This document shows, in pieces, positions 19,949 to 29,007 of a DNA stretch of 57,625 bases; the first letter of the stretch is position 1; every line of letters starts with the position of its first letter. Origin of the DNA: an uncultured bacterium (GTDB lineage: Bacteria; Desulfobacterota; GWC2-55-46; JAJCZF01); contig CBDVCO010000002.1 of assembly GCA_965372515.1 (NCBI GenBank), positions 1-57,625 on the forward strand, in the 5' to 3' direction. The notes under the pieces are model-generated. The model ran no database searches and had not been told where the DNA came from. It saw only the letters and a list, made by a program, of their open reading frames with translations. Position numbers and translations under genes: made by a program.

Positions 19949-21004
19949 ATGGGACCGATACTTTTAAAAAAAATCACTGAAGAACTGAACGAGACCGTCC
20001 GGGGCGCGGTAGTCTCAAAGGTCCACCAAAGCGAAGCAAAGATAATCATCCTGAAGCTCTTTATACGCGGGCGCGTTTACAGGCTCTTATTAAGCGCCGA
20101 CCCACGCCTGCCCAGGATGCACCTTACAGAGAAAAAATACCCGAACCCCGAAAGACCGATGAGGTTCTGCGCCTTTTTACGTAAGCACATTACAGGCGCC
20201 GTTATTGAAGAGGTCCGCATAACCAAGGGCGAGCGCATAGCAGAGATCAAACTAAAGAAAAAGACCGATAACGACACTTACGAAGTAATGAAATTAATTG
20301 TCGAGCTTACCGGCAAGTCGAGTAACATTATACTCACAGACGATAGATCTATCGTACTCGACGCAATTAAATTTTTTCCTCCTGAAAGCTCCCCGAGGGC
20401 CGTTAGCCCGGGCTTCGAGCTTAAGGCGCTCCCAAAGCGCGGGATAAAGGAAGAGAAGCTCATCGAGAAGAGCGCCCGGACCTGGAACGAAAGCGCCGAC
20501 CTCTTTTATAGTGAGATCTTCGAAGAGAACAAAACGCAAAGGCTTGTTAGTGGGCTGAGGAGAACAGTAAAGAGAGAGGAGAAAAGGCTCCTAAGAAAAA
20601 TAAAGAACCTCGAAACGGATATAGAGAAGGCCGAGGGGAATATCGAAAACTCGCAGACGGCTGAACTCCTGCAAGCGAATTTCAAGAAGCTAACGCGTGG
20701 GATGAAGGAGGTAGAGCTTGAGGACCATAGAGAGGGCGCTGGGAAGAAGGTGGTTATAAGGCTCGATGAAAGGCTCGGCCCGAAAGAGAATATAGAGAGA
20801 ATATACAAACTCGCCAAAAAGGGCAAGAGAACCATAAAGCTCGCCAAAGGACGCCTGCCTGAAATAAGAAACGACCTCGAATATACCCGCGCTCTCTACC
20901 TCTCGATAGACGAGGCCCTGGACCAAAATAAAAAAGACGATCTTGCCCTCATAATTGACAAGATGATCGAAGCGGGCCTTTTAAAGAAAAAAACCAGGGA
21001 CTGA
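19949..21004 (+). CDS. NFACT-family protein (RqcH/FbpA-like): NFACT-N plus coiled-coil region only, no NFACT-R/DUF814 domain
   Basis: The N-terminus (...VSKVHQSEAKIIILKLFIRGRVYRLLLSADPRLPRMHLTEKKYPNPERPMRFCAFLRKHITGAVIEEV...LIVELTGKSSNIILTD) is collinear with RqcH NFACT-N as I recall it. Coiled-coil and 'LDERLGPKENIERIYKLAKKGKR' segments follow. The protein ends at 351 aa, where NFACT-R normally begins. Confidence 0.75.
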   Translation: MGPILLKKITEELNETVRGAVVSKVHQSEAKIIILKLFIRGRVYRLLLSADPRLPRMHLTEKKYPNPERPMRFCAFLRKHITGAVIEEVRITKGERIAEIKLKKKTDNDTYEVMKLIVELTGKSSNIILTDDRSIVLDAIKFFPPESSPRAVSPGFELKALPKRGIKEEKLIEKSARTWNESADLFYSEIFEENKTQRLVSGLRRTVKREEKRLLRKIKNLETDIEKAEGNIENSQTAELLQANFKKLTRGMKEVELEDHREGAGKKVVIRLDERLGPKENIERIYKLAKKGKRTIKLAKGRLPEIRNDLEYTRALYLSIDEALDQNKKDDLALIIDKMIEAGLLKKKTRD

Positions 21005-21010
21005 CCCGCA

Positions 21011-22255
21011 TTAAGTGCCTTCCCCCAAAGCGGCCACCTCGTCCTTCCTGCACACCGCCTTCACAAATAAAACTATAAAGAGGATGAGATTCAGGATAGA
21101 TAACAGCACCGTGGTATCGAGGCCCCCTACAATGCGAGTTGACGGCACCGAGATACCGGGGATGGTATAAAATGCCAGCAGGTTTATATTGGCCATAAAA
21201 CCCCAGATGAGAAACCAGAAAATATAATCCTTCCTTATGCTGTACATAAGGGCCGCCAGAATAGAGATTATAAAGAGGTGGTTTTCGTGGACATTGGTAT
21301 AGAAGATGAAGTAGGCAAGAAACGCAAGGAGCGAGGTGCCGAGGAAACTGAAATAATCCTTCCCCTTCTGGAAAAAATAGATCACAAAGACCACGGCGTA
21401 GAAACCGAAAGCGAGGGCCTTTACAAGGAACAAGAGCGCGCCGGGCATATCCTTTACATTGACGACATCGACGGTCGCTCCGTCCAGGAGCCCGCCGTAT
21501 CTGATTGGATCGGAGGTGTGCAGTATGTAGGTGAGTATCCAGTTGAAGTTCAGGGCATTACCGGAGAGATATCCGTCGATGGTGTCCCTGCCCGCGTCGA
21601 TGAGCGACCTCGGCATGGCCATCCCGAATACCAGAGTAAGCACAACCAGGATAAGGACGAACGGGATCGCCAGAGACGCCGCCCTCCTCGGCTCTATCTT
21701 TAGAATATCACCCACAGAACTAATGCCGAGAGCGTACACAAGAGCGAACGGCAGGAGTATTATCGGCTGCCATTTTATAAGAAAAGATATGGTAAAGAAA
21801 AAAGAGAAGGGGACGTACCTCTCGTCTTTAAGCGCGTAAAGGGACAATATTAGAAAGGGCGCGAAGTAGATATCCAGATAGCCGTAAGCAATACTGCTGA
21901 GAGTTAGCGAGAGCTGCACAAGCATGGTCAAGAGAAAATTTCTGCTGAATAGATAGAAGGTCGCCGACGTAAGGAAGAGACAGAAAACAAGAGAGACCTT
22001 AAGGCTGATAAAGAGATTCAGGCCAAAGAGCTTGCCCGCTTTGGCCGCGATAAAGAGGAGCAGATAGCTCAAGGGCGGATAGAACTCCTGAACACCGGCG
22101 TATGTGGCCCTGATGCCGAACTTCTCCATGCTGTCCATCCACTTTAGCCACAGACGCACGTCGCCCACACCCCAGTCCTGAAAAAATATCAGGGTGAAAC
22201 ATACCGTAAGCAGCAAAAACAGAATCTTGTCAATATTCTTTTTTATATAATCCAA
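21011..22255 (-). CDS. Polytopic membrane protein, probable GT-C glycosyltransferase (DUF2029/GT87-like)
   Basis: 414 aa with about 11 hydrophobic segments. The first loop carries D..LW..W...G......EFYPPLSY, typical of GT-C mannosyltransferase-like families. It has a TTG start and no good Shine-Dalgarno sequence. Confidence 0.45.
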   Translation of the reverse strand: MDYIKKNIDKILFLLLTVCFTLIFFQDWGVGDVRLWLKWMDSMEKFGIRATYAGVQEFYPPLSYLLLFIAAKAGKLFGLNLFISLKVSLVFCLFLTSATFYLFSRNFLLTMLVQLSLTLSSIAYGYLDIYFAPFLILSLYALKDERYVPFSFFFTISFLIKWQPIILLPFALVYALGISSVGDILKIEPRRAASLAIPFVLILVVLTLVFGMAMPRSLIDAGRDTIDGYLSGNALNFNWILTYILHTSDPIRYGGLLDGATVDVVNVKDMPGALLFLVKALAFGFYAVVFVIYFFQKGKDYFSFLGTSLLAFLAYFIFYTNVHENHLFIISILAALMYSIRKDYIFWFLIWGFMANINLLAFYTIPGISVPSTRIVGGLDTTVLLSILNLILFIVLFVKAVCRKDEVAALGEGT

Positions 22256-22326
22256 TGCGGAAATATCAATTCTCCTGCGTGGGTAATGGACTTATCTTTC
22301 ATATAAACCCCGGCCGCATATCTGCC

Positions 22327-23517
22327 TTACTTGTTTGAGCCAAGAAATCTAAAGGCCATCGAACAAAAAAGCCTTGCGCCAAGATCGAGCACATCCTCGT
22401 CCACGTCGAAGTTGGGACTGTGGAGCGGAAAAGCTATACCCTTCGCCTTATTACCTGTGCCGATCCTGAAAAGCGCGCCGGGGATCGCTTGCGCGAAGTA
22501 GGCAAAGTCTTCCGCGCCCATAAGGGGATACGGCATGTAGTGCACATTGGCCTCGCCCAGCAGTTCTATTGCGCTCTCCTTAATAAGCTTATCGACCGTC
22601 GCGTCGTTTACGACCGAAGGCGTGCCGTACTCGTATTCGAACTCATACTCCGCGCCGACGCTCATGGTCACGCCCCTCACCGTCTCCTCTATAAAGGTCG
22701 GCATATCGTCCCTCGCGTCCGTATCGAGCGTTCTTACCGTACCCTCCATCTCGACACGGTCGGCGATAATATTGGCCGCCTGGCCGCCGTTTATCGTGCA
22801 TATCGATATCACGCTCTGGTGGAGCGGGTTGGTCCTCCTGCTCACGATATGGTGTATCGCGTTTATCACCATCGAGGCCACTAGCACGGCGTCGACCGTC
22901 TGGTGGGGGCGCGAGGCGTGCCCTCCCTTGCCCTTGACGACTATCTTGATCCTGTCGGCAAGCGCGGTCATCGGCCCCGCCCTGTGAGCTATTTGACCTA
23001 CCTCCAGTTCCGGAAAGCAGTGGAGCGCCGCTATCATCGACGGTTTGGGATCTTTGAGCGCGCCGTCCCGGATCATGGTCTTGGCCCCGGCAGAGCCCCT
23101 TTCTTCCGATGGCTGAAAAATAAATTTTACATTGCCATTTAGCTCATCTCTAAGGGCCGCGAGCACAACGGCCGTGCCCATGAGGATCGCCGTATGCACG
23201 TCGTGGCCGCATGCGTGCATCACGCCAGGCACGCATGAGGCGTACTTAGCCGTACCGGTCTCCTGGATCGGCAACGCGTCCATGTCGGCGCGAAAGGCAA
23301 TGGTCTTTCCCCGCTTGGCGCCTTCAAGGAGCCCCACCACGCCGTAGCCGCCGACATTTCTCTCTACCTCAATGTCGTTATCTTCCAACACGCCCGCGAC
23401 AAAGGCGGAGGTCTTCTCTTCAAGGCCTGAAAGCTCAGGGTTTCGGTGTATCTCCTGCCTGAACCTCCTGATCCTTTTACTTACCTCTTTAACCTTCTCG
23501 TCTATCTTATCCAGCAC
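22327..23517 (-). CDS. M20D-family amidohydrolase (N-acyl-amino-acid / peptide amidohydrolase type)
   Basis: The MHACGHDVHTAILMG metal-binding motif is present, with QPSEE in the expected context. GTG start preceded by GAGGGGA. Confidence 0.85.
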   Translation of the reverse strand: MLDKIDEKVKEVSKRIRRFRQEIHRNPELSGLEEKTSAFVAGVLEDNDIEVERNVGGYGVVGLLEGAKRGKTIAFRADMDALPIQETGTAKYASCVPGVMHACGHDVHTAILMGTAVVLAALRDELNGNVKFIFQPSEERGSAGAKTMIRDGALKDPKPSMIAALHCFPELEVGQIAHRAGPMTALADRIKIVVKGKGGHASRPHQTVDAVLVASMVINAIHHIVSRRTNPLHQSVISICTINGGQAANIIADRVEMEGTVRTLDTDARDDMPTFIEETVRGVTMSVGAEYEFEYEYGTPSVVNDATVDKLIKESAIELLGEANVHYMPYPLMGAEDFAYFAQAIPGALFRIGTGNKAKGIAFPLHSPNFDVDEDVLDLGARLFCSMAFRFLGSNK

Positions 23518-23539
23518 TTGGTCCCCTCATTCTAAATCT

Positions 23540-25117
23540 CTAACCATCCGTGGTAAGGCATACCCCGCCACGCCTCGTATCCCCTCCGCCAAAAAGTTTA
23601 CCCTCCATATCCACAACGCTGTGTACCCCGCCGAAATAGAGATTTTTATCTTTCCAGGTATTTATCTCGGCAAGGCGCGCGCCTAGCTCACTTATAACAT
23701 TATCATCAACGCCCTTTTCAATCTGCAAAATTCCGTCGTCAAAATGGACCCTCGGCGCGTTCACGGCCTCGCTGACCTCCATCGAGTGATCCAAGATATT
23801 CAATATGACCTGGAGTATCGCGCTCCTTATCCTCTTTGAGCCGCCGCTGCCGAGTACGATCTCCGGAAGCTCACCCTTCATCACAATGGTCGGGCTCATC
23901 ATGGAACTCATCCTCATGCCGGGGTCGAGAGAGTGGAAACCCCTGGGGTTCAGGTCCTCCTCGCCGAGCATATTATTCATCATGATGCCGGTTCCGGGTA
24001 TCATAAAGCCGCAACCTATGCCGATAGAGGTGGTCATGGAAGCGGCGTTTCCCTCTTCATCCACTACGCTGATCTGCGTGGTATTACCGAAGGCGCTGCC
24101 CTTTTCGTTGCCCTCCCCCTCCCTGCCTATACCCTTTGCGAGCCTCTCCCTGTACGGCTCTATACCCGCCTCGCCAAGCAATTTATCTATCACGCCGTCG
24201 TCGTGAACGACATGGTCGAACTCGGCCCTGCGAAACTCGTTCGTAATCTCCATCACCTTGCCCATGAGTTCCAGATAGGCGGCACTGTTATGACCCATCG
24301 CGCGAAGGTCGTACGGCTCAAGGAGCTTTAATGCAAAGGCGATGAGCGAGCCGCCCGAAGAGGGCGGGCTGTTGGTGAATATACGTCTGCCCCTGTAGTC
24401 CACTTCCAGGGGAGTCCTTTTGCGCACCTTGTATTCGAGGAGGTCGCCCTCGGTCATGAGCCCTTTAGCGCCGAAACCATCGACGATCGCCTCGGCTAGG
24501 CCGCCGTCGTAGAAACTCTTAAGCCCATCTCTTGAAAGGCAATCGAAGGTATCGGCCATATCCTTATTGAATATAGTATCACCTTCGCGAAGGAGTTCCC
24601 CGGCGGGCGCGTATATCTTTAACGCCTCGGGCGTAAGCCTCAACATAGGGCTTAAGAGCTCGTTAAAATAGGCCTGCCAGGCATTTAAGACTATGCCCTC
24701 TCTCGCGTATTTTATGGCCGGGGCCATGATATCTACAAGAGGGAGCGTACAGTGGTTCTTAAAGACCTCGGCGAGCCCCGCGATATTTCCCGGCACTGCC
24801 GCAGAGCCCTCCCCAACGTGAAGTTCCTGCATTACGCCCACGAAGTCGATAAAGACGGAAAAAAAGTTTAGCTCTTCCCTCTTAGCCCCCCTCCCGATCC
24901 CCGGGACGTCAACGAAGAAATCATAGAGCGAGACGTCGCCGCCGCTCTCGTGGGTGATCATGAAGCCGCCGCCGGCGGCGCTTGTAAGTGCGGCCTCGGT
25001 TACAAAAGAGGCGAAGGAGGCAGAGACCGCCGCGTCGAAGGCGTTTCCGCCCGCCTCAAGCATCTCTATACCTGCCCTTGCCGTCAGCTCGTGCCCCGCG
25101 CTCACAACACCCTTCAT
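23540..25117 (-). CDS. ggt: Gamma-glutamyltransferase family protein without signal peptide (predicted cytoplasmic)
   Basis: 525 aa. The autoprocessing and nucleophile region GNTTQISVVDEEGNAASMTTS is present, as is GGSKRI near the C-terminus. The protein starts directly in the mature domain (MKGVVSAGHELTARAG). Confidence 0.9.
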   Translation of the reverse strand: MKGVVSAGHELTARAGIEMLEAGGNAFDAAVSASFASFVTEAALTSAAGGGFMITHESGGDVSLYDFFVDVPGIGRGAKREELNFFSVFIDFVGVMQELHVGEGSAAVPGNIAGLAEVFKNHCTLPLVDIMAPAIKYAREGIVLNAWQAYFNELLSPMLRLTPEALKIYAPAGELLREGDTIFNKDMADTFDCLSRDGLKSFYDGGLAEAIVDGFGAKGLMTEGDLLEYKVRKRTPLEVDYRGRRIFTNSPPSSGGSLIAFALKLLEPYDLRAMGHNSAAYLELMGKVMEITNEFRRAEFDHVVHDDGVIDKLLGEAGIEPYRERLAKGIGREGEGNEKGSAFGNTTQISVVDEEGNAASMTTSIGIGCGFMIPGTGIMMNNMLGEEDLNPRGFHSLDPGMRMSSMMSPTIVMKGELPEIVLGSGGSKRIRSAILQVILNILDHSMEVSEAVNAPRVHFDDGILQIEKGVDDNVISELGARLAEINTWKDKNLYFGGVHSVVDMEGKLFGGGDTRRGGVCLTTDG

Positions 25118-26247
25118 AAAGCCGACACCTCCTCTTTAAGCTCCTCTACCATCAGGCTCACCACCCTCTTAATATCCCCGTCCTTCTTCCAGATGCCAAG
25201 CTGCCTCGCGGCCCCTGTGCCGTGCTCTATGATATCGAATACCCCCTTAAGGGCCTCAGTCGAGCCAAGCTCTTCGGCCTCCGCGCTAAAGCCCTCGGTG
25301 ATCTCACGAAGCAGGTCCTTCGCCTTCACGGTCGCCCTGCCGTCCTCGGTGATGAACTCCCCGTCGAGCCCGTAACGGCACGCCCTCCATTTATTCTCCC
25401 TTATCACCCAGGAGTGGGGCCTCTTATACTCGATGCCTGCGTCAAAGTCGTCGCTGAACCTCTTTACAAGGGCCTGAACAAAAGCCGTGATCGAAACAAC
25501 GTCCTTTAACGTTGAGGGGTTGTCGCATATCCTTATCTCGATGGTGCCGAAATCCGGGTGCGGCCTCACATCCCACCAGAGTTCGCGTATAGACTCTATG
25601 GTTCCCGTGGCGATAAAGTCCTCGGCTAGCGTAGTGTAGTCTTCCCAGTCCGAGAAATAAAAGGGCAGGCCCGCAATCGGGAGGGTCTCGAATATCTTTG
25701 TCCTGTAGGAGCTAAGCCCGGTATCCTCACCTTCCCAGAACGGTGAGTTGACAGAGAGCGCCAGTACATAAGGCAGGTAGTAGATCATCCTATTGAGCAC
25801 ATATATGCTCTTCTCCGCGCCGTCCACTCCCACGTGCACGTGCAGGCCGAAGATACTAAAATTACGCGCAACGAGTTGAAGGAGGTCTTTCAGGCGCTCG
25901 TACCTGACATCATCCGTTATGTGCTGGTCTCTTGCAAGCGAGAAGGGATGGCTCCCTCCGCCTGAGATCAAAGTATTATTGGCCTCGGCTATCTCTATAA
26001 CCCTCCTTAGTTTCTCCGCGAGCTCGGCCCTCACCTCGTCGACCGTGGCGCAGATGCCGGTAATGACCTCCAGGTTGCTCATCATGAGTTCGTGCTTCAC
26101 GAAACCAGCGAGCACTTCGTCCTTATCAGAGCCCTCTATTATCTCTTTACTCGTCTCGGCCAGCTCAAGAGTCGCAGAGTCTATGAGCTGCATCTCAAGC
26201 TCGACGCCGAGAGTAAAACCCTTGCTTGAATTGAAGGTAATAGCCAT
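25114..26247 (-). CDS. ybdK: Carboxylate-amine ligase, YbdK / glutamate-cysteine ligase family 2
   Basis: FTLGVELEMQLID is present near the N-terminus and the length is 377 aa, as expected for GCS2. The stop overlaps the ggt start (ATGA at 25114..25117). Confidence 0.85.
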   Translation of the reverse strand: MAITFNSSKGFTLGVELEMQLIDSATLELAETSKEIIEGSDKDEVLAGFVKHELMMSNLEVITGICATVDEVRAELAEKLRRVIEIAEANNTLISGGGSHPFSLARDQHITDDVRYERLKDLLQLVARNFSIFGLHVHVGVDGAEKSIYVLNRMIYYLPYVLALSVNSPFWEGEDTGLSSYRTKIFETLPIAGLPFYFSDWEDYTTLAEDFIATGTIESIRELWWDVRPHPDFGTIEIRICDNPSTLKDVVSITAFVQALVKRFSDDFDAGIEYKRPHSWVIRENKWRACRYGLDGEFITEDGRATVKAKDLLREITEGFSAEAEELGSTEALKGVFDIIEHGTGAARQLGIWKKDGDIKRVVSLMVEELKEEVSAL

Positions 26248-26360
26248 AAATTGATCCGTTTAGAGGGAAGATGACTTAAATTACATAAGCTTATATGATA
26301 ACATAAAGAGCGGTAACGGGCCATTGTTAATAGGCGGACAATAGATAGGAGAAGATACGA

Positions 26361-26840
26361 ATGCGATTAAAACTGATCGAGAATACCATACTGGACGAGA
26401 CCTCCGAAAAAGCCATGCGCTCTGGTAGGCTCAGGATGAACCACAACTTCCACGAGTTAACCGACAGCATCCAGAGGATGCTGAACGCCATGGAGCCGGA
26501 AAGCTACGTTCAACCCCACAGGCACCTGGACCCGCCCAAGGTCGAGCTCTTCTTGATATTAAGGGGCCGCGCCGCGGCCTTCCTCTTCGACACGGACGGC
26601 GTGGTAGCGGACTCGGCCATACTTACACCGGGCGGCCCGACTCCGGGCGTCGAGTTCGCCCCGGAAGAGTACCATACACTAGTCTCGCTTGAGACAGGCA
26701 CAGTGCTATTCGAAGTCAAGGACGGCCCCTACATAGCCGCTACGGATAAGGAGTTCGCCCCCTTCGCCCCGGCCCCTGAAGAGAGAGAAGCCGCCGATAT
26801 ATACCTGAAATGCCTCAAAGAGCATCTGAACAAACCCTAG
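26361..26840 (+). CDS. WbuC-family cupin-fold protein
   Basis: 159 aa. RMNHNFHELTDSIQRMLNAMEPESYVQPHRH matches my recollection of the WbuC-family signature. AGGAGA lies upstream. Confidence 0.55.
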   Translation: MRLKLIENTILDETSEKAMRSGRLRMNHNFHELTDSIQRMLNAMEPESYVQPHRHLDPPKVELFLILRGRAAAFLFDTDGVVADSAILTPGGPTPGVEFAPEEYHTLVSLETGTVLFEVKDGPYIAATDKEFAPFAPAPEEREAADIYLKCLKEHLNKP

Positions 26841-26921
26841 CCCCAAAGAAATGGCAACGCCCCCATAAAGCTGATATAGTATCTCTATACTAAATCTTAG
26901 CCTCGTCGCCAGTGGAAGACT

Positions 26922-27791
26922 ATGATCCCCGGATACCCTACTCTCGAACCTATAAATATCGATCACCGCCAGGAGCTTCAGCCCTCATTCAAGAGGATCA
27001 TGTGCGGGATATCGGAATTCACATTCGCCAACCTCTTCCTCTTTCGCCATACGCACAACTACTCGCTTACCATGCTCCCGGGCGGCCTCGTTGTAGTCAC
27101 CGGCTCGGACGACGGAGAGGAATTCTTCATGCTCCCCTTCGGTTCCCCGGACGATGACGACACGCTCGATAAACTCTTCACCCGGTTCGGCACCCTGAAG
27201 GCCGCTTGCGAAGAACTCTCCAAAGAGCTCTTGGAAAAAGGCTTTGAAATAATAGAAGACCGCGACAACTTCGACTACCTCTACCTAACTGAAGATCTTG
27301 CGACACTCGTTGGCAGGAGGTTTCACAAAAAACGGAACCTCGTAAAGCTCTTCAACGCGGACTATACGGCCAACGTCGAGGAACTTACAGAGGGTCGCGT
27401 AGACGACGCCCTTGAAGTACTCGACGGCTGGCTAAATGAACGCGACCCTGAAAGCGGAGAGGGCGACTACGTAGCCGCAAAAGAGGCCCTCTTAAACATG
27501 GCCCCGCTTAAACTATACGGCGCCGTCTACTATATAGAAGACAAACCCGTCGCCTACACGACAGGCGAGATGATGTCCCAGATGTCGTCATTCGTAACAC
27601 ACTTTGAAAAGGGGCTAAACCAATATAAGGGACTTCTTCAATTCGTCAACCAGGACTTCGCAAATAGACTGCCTGAAGGTTGCAAGTTCATAAACAGAGA
27701 ACAGGACCTCGGCGACCCGGGACTAAGACAGTCCAAAGAGAGCTACAGGCCCTTCGGCTTCGTAAGAAAATACCGCGTAAGGCCAAAATGA
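26922..27791 (+). CDS. Stand-alone DUF2156 / LPG_synthase_C-type (tandem GNAT-fold) protein
   Basis: 289 aa. The SEFTFANLFLFRHTHNY and ...INREQDLGDPGLRQSKESYRP segments resemble the C-terminal catalytic domain of MprF-type aminoacyl-PG synthases. No membrane domain is present. Confidence 0.6.
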   Translation: MIPGYPTLEPINIDHRQELQPSFKRIMCGISEFTFANLFLFRHTHNYSLTMLPGGLVVVTGSDDGEEFFMLPFGSPDDDDTLDKLFTRFGTLKAACEELSKELLEKGFEIIEDRDNFDYLYLTEDLATLVGRRFHKKRNLVKLFNADYTANVEELTEGRVDDALEVLDGWLNERDPESGEGDYVAAKEALLNMAPLKLYGAVYYIEDKPVAYTTGEMMSQMSSFVTHFEKGLNQYKGLLQFVNQDFANRLPEGCKFINREQDLGDPGLRQSKESYRPFGFVRKYRVRPK

Positions 27792-28738
27792 AAGAAAACC
27801 CAACTGAACGCTACCTGACACTTCGTAGCTACTTCAAAACACGCTTTAATGAAGCGAAGGTCAACAAGGTCTCCCTGAACCCGGGCTTCGGTTGTCCGAA
27901 TCGTGAAGGTACTGAAGGCGGCTGTATCTTTTGCCAGCCCAAGACGCTCATACCGCGCGGACAAGGCGAAGGGTGGAGCATAGCCAGGCAGCTTGCGCAT
28001 GGAATAGAGAAGGTGGGCAAAAGAGATAAGGTCGACCACCTTATCGCCTATCTTCAGATAGACACCAACACATACGCGCCGATAGACGAGCTCAGAAAAC
28101 TCTACGTTGAAGCGACAGACGATCCGCGCATAGCTGGTCTCGCCGTCTCGACAAGGCCCGACTGCGTCGGGGAGCAGGTCTTCGAGGTCTTCGATGAATT
28201 TAACGAGCGTGGCGAGTTCTGGCTGGAACTGGGCCTGCAGAGCGCGAACGACGAAACCCTCGATCGTATTAACCGGGGCCACAGCGCCGAACAGTTTAAA
28301 GACGCGGTCCTAAGGGCCTCGAAACACAACATAAAGGTATGCGCGCATATAATCCTCGGCCTGCCCGGTGAGAGCACTGGCGACATGCTCGACACAGTAC
28401 GCTTCCTATCCGGGCTTCCGGTCTGGGGCGTAAAGTTCCACCAGCTCCAGGTCACAAAAGATACCGCGCTCGAGGCCGAATACAAGGCGGGCAAGGTCCG
28501 ACTCCTCACCCTTGCCGAATATATAGAGCTCGTGATAGACTCTCTCGAACTGCTCCCCCCGGAGATGGTGATCCACCGGGTGGTCGGAGATACGCTCGAC
28601 GAGTTCCACATAGCGCCGCGCTGGGGGCCGGATAAGTTTAAGGTGATAGAGATGATAAAGGCAAGGCTCACTGAAAGAGACACGCGCCAGGGCGCGAAAT
28701 ACACAGAAAAGGATACCCAATTTAAGCATACATCTTAA
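27788..28738 (+). CDS. Radical SAM protein, YhcC / TIGR01212 family
   Basis: It is collinear with E. coli YhcC as I recall it (GFGCPNREGTEGGCIFC cluster motif, STRPDC, WLELGLQSANDETLDRINRGH, GLPGES). Start is taken at ATG 27788, which overlaps the upstream stop (ATGA). The ORF-track extension to 27680 lies inside the DUF2156 gene. Confidence 0.85.
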   Translation: MKENPTERYLTLRSYFKTRFNEAKVNKVSLNPGFGCPNREGTEGGCIFCQPKTLIPRGQGEGWSIARQLAHGIEKVGKRDKVDHLIAYLQIDTNTYAPIDELRKLYVEATDDPRIAGLAVSTRPDCVGEQVFEVFDEFNERGEFWLELGLQSANDETLDRINRGHSAEQFKDAVLRASKHNIKVCAHIILGLPGESTGDMLDTVRFLSGLPVWGVKFHQLQVTKDTALEAEYKAGKVRLLTLAEYIELVIDSLELLPPEMVIHRVVGDTLDEFHIAPRWGPDKFKVIEMIKARLTERDTRQGAKYTEKDTQFKHTS

Positions 28739-28810
28739 TATTTAATATTGTGGGATATTTTTTGTATGAAGATTCCCTCAACTCTCTACAAATACCTTTA
28801 GTTCTTATTA

Positions 28811-28893
28811 GGAAATCCATCCCCCCTTGTGGGGGTGGATTTCCTAAAGACCCAAAAGTCTTTGAAGGGGGCTTGGGGGAGCAACTGCGTTGC
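28811..28893. repeat. Palindromic repeat unit A, same family as 30078..30285 but in inverted orientation
   Basis: A hairpin ggaaatccatcccccc-ttgt-gggggtggatttcc lies at 28811..28844. The motif ccaaaagtctttgaagggggcttgggggagc follows at 28852..28882. It matches the reverse complement of 30122..30152 at 26 of 31 positions (hand count). A further 17/20 partial copy lies at 28976..28995 (versus 30111..30130), just before the aminopeptidase Shine-Dalgarno sequence. Confidence 0.65.
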
Positions 28894-29007
28894 GGCAATT
28901 AGTGGGGAGTATTTTAGTTCTAGCAAAACGCTATGCAAATTAACACCCTAATCAATATCGCCGTGCGCAGCACTTCTACAGAAAGTTTCCCCCAATAAAG
29001 GAGAGTC

